Assembly (NCBI GenBank): GCA_000002445.1
Contig: CP000068.1
Location: 640,001 to 704,000, forward strand
Reading direction: 5' to 3'
Origin: Trypanosoma brucei
Taxonomy: Eukaryota
DNA: 64,000 nt
Part shown: piece by piece, positions 45,721 through 54,789 of the stretch
Numbering within the stretch: the stretch's first letter is position 1
Layout: each line of letters starts with the position of its first letter
Made by a program: the position numbers and the translations under genes
The notes under the pieces: model-generated
What the model was told of the DNA's origin: nothing
Seen by the model: the letters and a program-made list of their open reading frames with translations, nothing else
The model's database searches: none

Positions 45721-47394
45721 CTACAGTAGTCGGAAGTCCATCTTGCGTCTCGTCTCGGCCGCATGTGTTGCCATCCCTTGCAGACACTGGAATGTTACTC
45801 CTAGAAGCTTCGGTGTCCTGTCAGCTCCTATTCTTTCGCCGTCCAGTCGTAATGTAAGGGGGTGGCGCTCTGTACACCCGAAGAGTGTGCACTTTGTTTT
45901 CGCTACATTGATAGACATGAAGTACTCTTTTGACCACTGTAACACCACGTTGAGGCCGCATTGTAGTGTGTGGTTGATGACATCCCTCTCTGTGTGCCTC
46001 GCAAGTAGCGTCAGGTCGTCTGCAAAGAATCCGTGCTGCAGTAACGGCACTTCTGCAAGGCGTTGGCTCAACGAGTTCATGACAATAATGAACATGATTG
46101 GGCCAAGGACAGTTCCTTGTGGCACTCCTCGCTCAAATGTTCTGCTTCTGGAAAGCCTTTCCCTGAGTCTCACTCTGCCAGTTCGGTTACTCAGAAATGA
46201 TACGCACCACTTCACAATGTGGGGTGATACCTTCATTTTGTGCATTTCCCTCGCAATTTTGTCGTGGTCTACTGTATCGAATGCCTTCTCGTAGTCGACG
46301 AATACAGCACCCGTACGATATTGGTGCGTGGGACGGCAGAGGGCAGCGCGGACGTGCAGCAGCTGTTCGAGCGTTGAGCATCCGGGGCGAAAGCCTGATT
46401 GCTGCGGCGTCAGCTGGGACTCAACAGTGTCTCTAAGTCTCGCGGCAATTATGCGCTCCATGACTTTGCAGAGACAGCTCGTGAGCGTCACAGGCCTGTA
46501 AGAATCGAGGTCCTCCGCCTTTTTTCCGGCCTTCAGGATGGGGATGATAACACCGGTCTTCCATGCAGGCGGCACGACTCCCGTTCGTAGGCTCTCACTG
46601 AATAGCCTCAGAACAACATTCAGCGCTGTTCTACCGAGATGTTGTATTGCCTCGTTGTATAAGCAATCAGGTCCGGCTGCGGATCCACTCGGTAGCAGTT
46701 TGATCGATCTCCGTAGTTCAGCCATCGTGATGGGACTGAACTCACTCGCTATCGTCTTTATGTGTGCTGGTGGGTGTGAGTTGGGGTGCCTTCTTGCGCG
46801 GGACGAGTACAGTTTAATGAACCTCTCAGCTTGACAGTAGTCCGTGATGGCCGCGTTATCAACAAGTACAGTCGGTGTGGTTAGTGGTCGTGGCGCATAT
46901 ACCTTCTTGACAATGTGCCAACTGCAGCGGTCTGACACCGCAAGTCTGGAGCATAGCGTGCTCCATCTCTTCTTTGTGGTACGGTCCAGAATCTGCTTAC
47001 GCGTGGCTACCAACTTTTCCCTTCGGTGGGAGGGTCCGCATCCAGCAATCTCTTCATCGAGTTTCGCGAGCGCAGGTATCCAATGTGGTGGCGTTGCTCT
47101 GCAGCCACGGGGGACGGATGCCTTCGTCGCAATGCGGATGGCGGAGCTCAATATCTGTTCCAGGGTGTTGACTTTCTTCTCTCTACCAATTTTCCTGCAG
47201 ACCTCGTCAACCTTGAGACGGAAATTCCTCCAGTCAGCTTTTAGCCATGCGTACATGGGCTTTTGAAGCCGCGGGCAACTCAGTGCATCTGTGTCGTCTC
47301 CAACGATAACGTCGAAAAATATGTGATGGTGATCGCTATCGGGAGAATACAGCGATGTCCACGTGTACACTGTGCAATTCCTTGACAGTGTCAC
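45721..47394 (-). pseudogene. L1Tc reverse-transcriptase segment
   Basis: RT motifs YRPVTLTSCLCKVMERIIAARL, FRPGCST, and the FADD box (LQHGFFADDLTLLA). Lies between the endonuclease and RNase H segments. Confidence 0.8.
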
Positions 47395-47460
47395 ATCAGG
47401 GGTGGACTCCCCGTGGTGGCGCGCGTACCTGGTGCACTCACCAGTGTTGCAGACCAGAAC

Positions 47461-48066
47461 CTAGTTGTCAATGCACCACTGTGTGAGGGTTTCATCCTTG
47501 GTATTTGATGGGCTCGCGCGATCCCATGCCAACGCGTGTGCGTTAGCGTCTGCACCGATGAGCTGGGCACTGTCAGTCGTCAGAAGCGTATCTAGGTCAG
47601 TTGCCGTGAAGGTGCGTTTTGGTGGGATGTATGCTGACGTGACGGTCAGCGCCGTTCCACGTGCAAGGTGAATTGTTGCATGCACTTGTTCAATGCGACC
47701 AACAACGGCCATACCGGTCTCGACTAGTAGGTCCTCCTTTACTAGTATTGGTACACCACCTTCTTTGCAGTTACGAGCTATTCCGTGATGTTGATAGCCA
47801 GCAACGCTAAAGCAAGCCGCCTCTCCAGGCGTCATCCTTGTCTCGCTCAACAGACAAAAGGCGATCCGCTCATCAACAAGGGTTTTGTGGAGTGCTAATC
47901 TCTTTCCTTGAGATAGCCCCGGCGCAGTTCCACTGCATCCCGCGCAACGACGGGCCGGGATTCTCTTCCACATCACCGGACAGCAGCATCTTACTGCGGA
48001 TGATACTGCTGATGGCACGCTGGCACGTGCCCAGGGGCCGACAAATGAAAAACGGTGTCCCAGCAA
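47461..48066 (-). pseudogene. L1Tc AP-endonuclease segment (interrupted)
   Basis: Sits immediately downstream of the 2A motif and upstream of the RT segment, i.e. where L1Tc carries its AP endonuclease. The ORF ends in an in-frame stop before the RT ORF. Confidence 0.6.
47951..47980 (-). other. 2A-like self-processing peptide motif (SGDVEENPGP) at N-terminus of L1Tc polyprotein
   Basis: Minus-strand translation gives ...KMLLSGDVEENPGPSLRG.... The canonical D(V/I)ExNPGP 2A motif sits upstream of the endonuclease, as in L1Tc. Confidence 0.75.
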
Positions 48067-48136
48067 GACGCTGCTGATCCCTGTGCTGTATGATGCCGTA
48101 GCCGGAGCAAAGCAGTGTTCCCCATGAAAGGAACGC

Positions 48137-48213
48137 CGCTGGCTCTTGGCTTCCCCCGATGATACGGGGTACTGGACCCTGGCACCACGTGGAGGTGGCC
48201 GGCATCGCCAGGG
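48137..48213 (-). promoter_or_regulatory. Pr77-like 5' hallmark of L1Tc/ingi elements (internal promoter / HDV-like ribozyme region in the literature)
   Basis: Reverse complement begins CCCTGGCGATGCCGGCCACCTCC...GTACCCCGTATCATCGGGGGAAGCCAAGAGCCAG, the conserved first 77 nt of L1Tc/NARTc/ingi. Confidence 0.7.
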
Positions 48214-48227
48214 GCATTGTGAGAATT
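48214..48227. repeat. Target-site duplication (right copy) of the L1Tc insertion
   Basis: gcattgtgagaatt immediately after ...ggcatcgccaggg (reverse complement of CCCTGGCGATGCC). Confidence 0.75.
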
Positions 48228-48610
48228 AATCCCACGCCACCACCCCTTGCTTGGAATGCGTCTCTTCAGGGTCCCTCGGCACGTTTTTTTTTTGTGGCGC
48301 CCCATTCCGTCGCGTTACTCAGTAAGTGGTGATATAACTGTAGTCACTTCAGATGCTTCCATGTAGCTGCGCGTTTTTCTTCGGTACTTTTTGGTTGGCA
48401 CGCTTATCTTCTGCCTGTTTCACTGCACTGCGAGAATCTGCGTGCTTTGTTGTAATTTTTGTACGCCACCCTCTGTCAATGCGATTGTTCCTAAAGTGTG
48501 GAGAGGCTTCGTTGCACGTGTGTCGTGCGAACGCTCAGTGCAACCACGCGCCTGAAAAGTCTTTCATGCTTCTAGACTTTGGTGATCCTATGCAGGGGGT
48601 TTGCTCCAGT

Positions 48611-48639
48611 TCTGCTTCCGTATTATTATTATTATTATT
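48611..48639. repeat. (TTA)n microsatellite
   Basis: gtattattattattattattatga. Confidence 0.85.
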
Positions 48640-50538
48640 ATGATCATTTGTTATGCCCTCTCTTTTGAATGTCGTTTCTTCATCATCTTGTCCTCGTTTC
48701 CTCGTTGCTCACAGTGTCTGCGGGCAGTTTCTGTCGACTCAAACGGCTACGTTGGAACTGACGTGCGTTCCGCACGCATTTAAGGTTCATGTAAGTCATT
48801 GGCACTTGTGCCATAGTCTCCTTCTCGTCGGTGAGGAAATTGAATGCTGTGCCCGTCTAGTGTGGCAGCCGTAGGGGGGCCCTGTTGTGACGTCGTATGT
48901 TGTTTACAACTGCTCTTTATGAGCCGCAACTGGAGTTCTTGAACCTCCGAGGGCTTGTGCGCTGTGGTGGCGACATAAAGAGGAGACCAAATTTCGCTCG
49001 GGGTTCAGTGTAGTTACCGTGTTCCAATGTAGCATCTCTGCTTGCGAATGGGGGAAAAGAACATGCGCCTCGTTTTCTCTCTCGCTCCGCACTAAAGCAT
49101 GAGGTGCTCTGACACCGGTGCCGTGCTATCCCTCTGTGCTTCTGCTTCCCTGAGCTATGCCCAGCTGCCTTTCCGTCTCGAGTTTTGGCACTGAAGCAGA
49201 CTTTCGCAAACCCTACAGCGTGCATGGCTTCCGCGCACCCATGCATAGCTATGCATTTTCTAGGGCTAGCGTTTCACTGTTCCTAGCTTGTCACCCCAAC
49301 TCCTTTTCCAGGGTCTAAACTAGGACGCGGGCGCGTGTTTGTTTTGATTTATGTGAGTGTTCGGGAGTGTCTGACGGAGGTTGCGTTGACGCGACGTGAC
49401 ATACTCCAAGTCAATGCTTTCAGGTTTTGATTCCCATTATTATCTAACCATGGAACCCGGGGAGGGAGGGGGGGGGGGCGTTTTGTCCCGCAACGATCGT
49501 GGAGCGGTAAAAAGCAAGGCGCTGCCATGGCGCCGCTGCGGGAGTGCGCCGTTGCGCGCTGTCTGGCACGCTCGTGGTGAATAGCGCGCGCTCATGAGCG
49601 CGTGAGGCCTTCTATTGTTCCGGCACCCCGCTACGCTGATACCAGCTGAATTCAGGGTTAGGAGCACCCATCAGCATGTCAAATGCTGCGGCGAGGTGGT
49701 GGGGAAAGTCTCTCCAGTTGGGGCTCCATCAGTTACAAGCTACCCGCTTACAGCGGCTGACTCCGTATAGAAAATTATCACTGCGTTTCCGCGCCGCGTT
49801 GGAAGCGTTGCCAACAGACATGGAGACGTCAAGTCTCTCCCAGATTCAGACAAAAAATCGAAAAAAAGAACAGCCAGGCTAAAAAAAAAAAAATTGGCAC
49901 ATTAATAGATAGGAGATAGGAGATAAATGCTGTCAACAATACACTCCATGTTAAACATTTCCTTCTCCACCCAGAAGAGGTGGGTAAAATACCAACGTTG
50001 CCCCTAACGACCCTATATGGGGGTGGCACCAACCGTGCAGTTGAAACCAATATCAACTTGATGGGAAGAGCCTTCCCTGAAATCGATATCTTAAAGAGTA
50101 AAAGGCTGTCGAGGCCGTACACGAGACTTACCAACGCAGCTAGTGTTGTCTCGTTTTATTCCGTGTCTCCCATCAATGCGAGATGTTCACATATGACATT
50201 CGATGCCACACTATTGACCGGTGGACGGTGCGAGATTGCATCACCACAGCCCTTCCCTCAATAAGTACACCAAGTCCAATACAAACAAGATAATGAAGCA
50301 CACCTTGCCTTTCCACATCACGGCCGATAGCGTTTGGTACCCAGTTTTCTTTCGATATAGCGAATTAAAGAAAGTAGCACCATCGTTGACCAGCACAAAA
50401 CGATCAGGAAGTTACAAAGACAGAATCAACTAAACAGCCCAAAAACGACAAAGTTCCTTATTTTCACATACAGCACAACCCAAAGAAAAGCACCCCTACT
50501 ACGTTTCCAGGAGCAGCAGAGGTTTGTTGCCGCCTACC

Positions 50539-51210
50539 GCTGTCAAAAGCATTCCATGTTATAATTTGTTTGCCGCGCTTGGTCTCGTGATGCTGAGTGA
50601 TTGTGCCTGTGTTTGTGGTTTCACCCCCTCTTGTCACGCCTTCCGCGGTTGGTGTGATTCCATTTGTGTTTGTTTCATGTGTTTTGTTTCCCTCACTACA
50701 TTGTGTGGTGAGGTTTGCTACTCTTATGATGAGTGCGCCTTGTGCCGCGTGCGTGTGTAGTGCTCATTTACCACTTGCTGCTTTCCCTTAACCTATTTCT
50801 GGATGAAAGAGACTTTACTCTTGTTTTTACCCACGTTCAAGCCGACACGGATAACAATGGCCACCTGCCCTAAACACCTGTTCGGGAAGTACCATCTAAA
50901 GAGTTTTAATGGCAAAAGCGCCTTGGAGGGCGAACTGGCCGGTGTGACACTGGAGCTTGGTGAAGAAGACGGTCGTGTCACAGTACGCGCGAAGGCGGGA
51001 AATGCGATGAGTGGTGTGTTGAAGTATGAAGGTGGGATGCTCACCGGTCCCTTGATGTCTACAATGATGATGCCTCCCCCTGCTGTCTTGAAAGTAGAAC
51101 GAACCCTCGTGTCCGGTTTTTCCAGCGGTATGCATGCGCTCCGTGAAGGCTCTTCTCTTACGCTTTCGCATAAGACAGACACGATGGTGTTTGAGGCCGT
51201 GGAGTAAACT
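50539..51210 (+). repeat. Truncated, diverged leading copy of the tandem-array unit (5' flank plus small-protein gene only)
   Basis: Alignable with 52026-52687, 56208-56869 and 60390-61051 from aagcattccatgttataatttgtttgccgcgcttggtctcgtgatgctgag through the stop of the small ORF. Flanks differ on both sides. Confidence 0.85.
50803..51207 (+). CDS. Small single-domain protein, diverged paralogue (array copy 0); candidate FABP/calycin-like beta-barrel domain
   Basis: Probable start at second Met (50857): MATCPKHLFGKYHLKSFNGKSALEGELAGV. About 116 aa from that Met. Differs from copies 1-3 in the C-terminal third (MSTMMMPPPAVLKVERTLVSGF vs ISTIMLSPPALMEVESAFSSGF). Confidence 0.6.
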   Translation: MKETLLLFLPTFKPTRITMATCPKHLFGKYHLKSFNGKSALEGELAGVTLELGEEDGRVTVRAKAGNAMSGVLKYEGGMLTGPLMSTMMMPPPAVLKVERTLVSGFSSGMHALREGSSLTLSHKTDTMVFEAVE

Positions 51211-52039
51211 TGTTTCTCGACATGCAGTTACCCTTTTATTTTCTACTTGTGTTGCCACTACACTTTCGTGTTTGTGGTCGGTGTTAGCGAACACTACCTT
51301 TGTTTACCACTTAGTGTTATGTTATTTATTTTTGAAATCGGGTTATTATTTTTATTTTTTTTTTCCAGGGTGTAGATATTTGAACCCTAATAAACGTCAA
51401 CGTTTTGTTAATTTATACGGGGGTACGTGTTTTTTTATTTGTTATCGAGGTATAGGCCTTCTGTCATGGTGACTACTGGACATTTTCGCTTCCTCTTTGC
51501 TGGATGCTCCCTGAATACTCAACGTAATAGTATGAAGAAAAGTGAGATGGTAGGCGGGGAATAAGTGTATGTAAGGAGTATATATTGTACGGACATCGGT
51601 AGTGGTGATGATGTTGAGATTCTCTCTCTTAAAGGTTATATCTTTGTATCAACTGATTCGGTACATAAGATCAGATTTTAAATACTATCTTCTATTTATT
51701 ATTTATTATGGAGTGTGATAATTAAAATGTAAGGGCAAATTATCTAACTGCTTATGATCAGTTGATTAGGTAGCGAGTAGTTTAGATAGTATCTTATATT
51801 TAGGAGGTGAGGTGTCCATCTGTAGTAATGGAAGAAATTGTTTGTAAGGATCGACGGCAGTGCAGATAAAACAAATATCGAAGTATATATATATGTATAG
51901 AAGTTTGGCTCAGCGACAGAGATACAATATTCTGCAAAAATAAGATATAAATATTTCATCATTACCCTACCATGCACAGATTATCGATGTGTATCCAACA
52001 AGGTGGGCGCGTGCGACTCCTTCAAGCATTCCATGTTAT

Positions 52040-52279
52040 AATTTGTTTGCCGCGCTTGGTCTCGTGATGCTGAGCGATTGTGCCTGTGTTTGTGGTTTCA
52101 CCCCCTCTTGTCACGCCTTCCGCGGTTGGTGTGATTCCATTTGTGTTTGTTTCATGTGTTTTGTTTCCCTCACTACATTGTGTGGTGAGGTTTGCTACTC
52201 TTATGATGAGTGCGCCTTGTGCCGCGTGCGTGTGTAGTGCTCATTTACCACTTGCTGCTTTCCCTTAACCTATTTCTGG
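52040..52279 (+). promoter_or_regulatory. GT/pyrimidine-rich upstream region of the small-protein gene (putative polypyrimidine tract / trans-splice acceptor zone)
   Basis: tgtgtttgtggtttcaccccctcttgtcacgccttccgcggttggtgtgattccatttgtgtttgtttcatgtgttttgtttccctcac directly upstream of the ORF in every unit. Trypanosomatid trans-splicing needs such tracts (established). The site itself is not mapped. Confidence 0.3.
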
Positions 52280-52684
52280 ATGAAAGAGACTTTACTCTTG
52301 TTTTTACCCACGTTCAAGCCGACACGGATAACAATGGCCACCTGCCCTAAACACCTGTTCGGGAAGTACCATCTAAAGAGTTTTAATGGCAAAAGCGCCT
52401 TGGAGGGCGAACTGGCCGGTGTGACACTGGAGCTTGGTGAAGAAGACGGTCGTGTCACAGTACGCGCGAAGGCGGGAAATGCGATGAATGGTGTGTTGAA
52501 GTATGAAGGTGGGATGCTCACCGGTCCCTTGATATCCACTATTATGCTCTCGCCCCCTGCTTTGATGGAGGTGGAGAGTGCTTTCAGTTCTGGATTTTCC
52601 AGCGGTATGCATGCGCTCCGTGAAGGCTCTTCTCTTACGCTTTCGCATAAGACAGACACGATGGTGTTTGAGGCCGTGGAGTAA
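52280..52684 (+). CDS. Small single-domain protein (array copy 1); candidate FABP/calycin-like domain
   Basis: Same gene as 56462..56866 with two aa differences (K/E, P/V). Probable start at MATCPKH (52334). Confidence 0.6.
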   Translation: MKETLLLFLPTFKPTRITMATCPKHLFGKYHLKSFNGKSALEGELAGVTLELGEEDGRVTVRAKAGNAMNGVLKYEGGMLTGPLISTIMLSPPALMEVESAFSSGFSSGMHALREGSSLTLSHKTDTMVFEAVE

Positions 52685-53110
52685 AGGTGACGGGCATACG
52701 TTAGTGTGTGTTTTGTTTATACGGTGATGTAAAAAATGACTTAAATTTTCATCTGTTTTTCGGTTATATTGTAGGTGCATATTCAACTTTCTCAATACCT
52801 AATGGCGGTACTATTAGTATTATTTTTTTTAAATACTTTCCTTGTTCACGAATATGTGATATCTACTGATTCGTATGAGCACTTTTGTTTTTTTATGCGT
52901 CTTCCTGTCTTCGCTAGCGTTTTGTTGTTGATGTATTTCTTGATTTGCTTTTCGTTTCTTTCTTTATGCTCTATACCTTTTTTTGCCTTTCCCTTGTATC
53001 CGCATATTCTCGTCCTCTGGTCTCTACTCCGCCATATTTATTCATGTAGTGCATGTAGTACTGGTTTGCATCCCGTGGAAACCTCTGCTTTTGTGTAGCA
53101 CCCGCGATTT

Positions 53111-54541
53111 ATGGCATCAGACAATGAGTCCACTGTCGAGGTGAGGGAGGCTCGTGACACCGAGGAGTACGATGCGCAGGCTGCTGCTCGTGGGCTGTGT
53201 GACAAGGCATGTGACATAAAGAGCCTTCTACATGGGCACGTTGAGTCGACGCGTGCCCTCGAAAGGGTTGTTGGGGAATTTTGCACTCGCGACATCGCTG
53301 AAGAGGATGCCTTCCGGAAAATCTCTCTCGACGTTATGCATGCCGAAATGCGGGCGCTACGGGACCTTCACTACGTTGCATTTTCCCAGCGGTGGGCAGA
53401 GGTAGAAAAGGGCTCCGCTGCAGAGGAGGTCACCAGCCTACCTTCAGCGGATAGGAGTGTTGGAAGTTGCGTGTCCCACCTTCTGACCTCGCTTTGTGAG
53501 GGAAAGCCTGATGCAACTTTTAGCCTTTCAGAGTATTTTGGTGTCGCTGACGTGCTTATGGAATGGCGCTCGTTAACTCCAGCATCACAGGAACAGTTGG
53601 ATATTCTTCTTCTGTCAATAACCAGGAGCGTGGAGGACATTTCATCATGTGTCCTGCTGCTGAATGGGGTTTTATATACACCATCTGATTCATTTGATTG
53701 TTGTGAACTCACTCGACGGGAGCTCACCGCGATAATTGGAAGTGGGGGACCCGCTTCCGCGGAAGAGGCACTTGTTGGATGGCTTAATTTTATTGTGAGA
53801 CGCTCGTTACTCAACCAGACCCTTCTCCAGAGGCTGATGAGTTCGACCATCGAGTTTCGGAGAAGTGATCTTTGCCTACAGGGCGACGGCGCAGACGTGC
53901 TGGTTGTAGTCGACCACAGGCGGTTGTTGAACTCCGCTGTCTTTCGTGGGTTTTTCTTTTCTGGGGAGTTGCGTGGTGTAGAGGCTATTGGGGCGCAGGT
54001 GAACTTGATGTCAGTATTATTTGCAGGCAACGGCAGCGGAGATCAGCTTGACATAGAGAAGTGTATCGCCGACATTTTCCGCGCTTTATGGGAGCAGCAG
54101 GAACTGCTTTCATGTAAGTGGAAGAACGTTACTGTGACCCTCGCTGTTCAAGCCAGGAAGGACGTCGGAGCCGGCGCTCAAACCAAGTTGATGGACTTCG
54201 TTGTGCTCGATCTTCGCCCCCTGTCGCCGAACATTCCTTTTCAGTGGCACTTTACATGGGGCGAGGTCTGTGCACTAGGCCAGCTCAGTACGAATGACGG
54301 AGATAGAGCACGACCCCTGGACATTCCTGTTTTCAAGACGACTCGTGTAGCTGTAGCCTCTCTGGGGCCTTATGATAAACTTTCACGCATAATGTTCCCT
54401 TCGATTAACGAGTATTTACGTCTTACGCGGAAAGAGCCACCATCTGTAGCCCCAGTCGCCTACGCTGCCGTCGCGGCGGCGCTTGTCGTCGGGGGATTTA
54501 TTGTTGGAAGCTGCATACTCGGTTCCCGGCGAAGACGATGA
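53111..54541 (+). CDS. 476-aa protein with single C-terminal transmembrane segment (tail-anchored-like), array copy 1
   Basis: No N-terminal signal peptide (MASDNESTVEVREARDTEEYD). Single hydrophobic segment AYAAVAAALVVGGFIVGSCILG, 5 residues from the end, followed by SRRRR-stop. Repeated at +4182 and +8364 with one substitution (T/A). Confidence 0.7.
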   Translation: MASDNESTVEVREARDTEEYDAQAAARGLCDKACDIKSLLHGHVESTRALERVVGEFCTRDIAEEDAFRKISLDVMHAEMRALRDLHYVAFSQRWAEVEKGSAAEEVTSLPSADRSVGSCVSHLLTSLCEGKPDATFSLSEYFGVADVLMEWRSLTPASQEQLDILLLSITRSVEDISSCVLLLNGVLYTPSDSFDCCELTRRELTAIIGSGGPASAEEALVGWLNFIVRRSLLNQTLLQRLMSSTIEFRRSDLCLQGDGADVLVVVDHRRLLNSAVFRGFFFSGELRGVEAIGAQVNLMSVLFAGNGSGDQLDIEKCIADIFRALWEQQELLSCKWKNVTVTLAVQARKDVGAGAQTKLMDFVVLDLRPLSPNIPFQWHFTWGEVCALGQLSTNDGDRARPLDIPVFKTTRVAVASLGPYDKLSRIMFPSINEYLRLTRKEPPSVAPVAYAAVAAALVVGGFIVGSCILGSRRRR

Positions 54542-54789
54542 GCAGTATCCGCCTCTGCTTTTTTCTGTTCATCTTGTTTTATTGACTTTAGAGCCATATT
54601 TAGGCTCCGCTATGCGTCCTTGTTGGTTAGAGGTTTAGTATTGTTGTACCTGACTCTGTGACTGATGGTGGGTGCCGCACCGTATCTGCGGCATGGGGTG
54701 CTTGCGTGAGTGAGGATCCACACTTATTTGACCGCTGTTTGCTATGAAATGTTTCCCTCCTTTCCTACTTGTAGCCAAGTTAATATTGC

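Larger units (their letters stand above)
42952..48213 (-). mobile_element. L1Tc-like non-LTR (ingi/L1Tc clade) retrotransposon, degenerate copy (~5.26 kb)
   Basis: On the minus strand the 5' end reads CCCTGGCGATGCCGGCCACCTCCACGTGGTGCCAGGGTCCAGTACCCCGTATCATCGGGGGAAGCCAAGAGCCAGCGG (Pr77-like). This is followed in order by a 2A motif, AP endonuclease, RT, RNase H and C2H2 finger segments. The coding segments are interrupted by two in-frame stops and two frameshifts. A-tail (T-run 42952-42962 on plus) and flanking 14-bp direct repeats. Confidence 0.85.

Noticed and set aside
50524-50760. 78-82-aa Cys-rich ORF (MLPPTAVKSIPCYNLFAALGLVMLSDCACVCGF...) repeated upstream of every small-protein gene
   Set aside because: It is encoded by a GT/pyrimidine-rich low-complexity tract and has alternative starts in different copies (MYPTRWARATP vs MRRWARATP). 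It is more likely the 5' intergenic/trans-splice signal region than a gene.
52775-53098. 107-aa very hydrophobic ORF (MHIQLSQYLMAVLLVLFFLNTF...) between the small-protein gene and the 476-aa gene, repeated in each unit
   Set aside because: It comes from a T-rich intergenic tract, and a poly-Phe/Leu translation is expected from poly-T DNA. Its start differs between copies (MHIQLSQYLM vs MHIQLFEFLM), as in a non-coding spacer.
53371-54030. 219-aa minus-strand ORFs antisense to the 476-aa gene (also 54819..55433, 55443..55901 and their copies at +4182/+8364)
   Set aside because: They sit entirely inside stronger plus-strand ORFs. They are low-complexity (S/T/P/R-rich), typical antisense artefacts of GC-biased coding sequence, and their 'repetition' merely follows the array.
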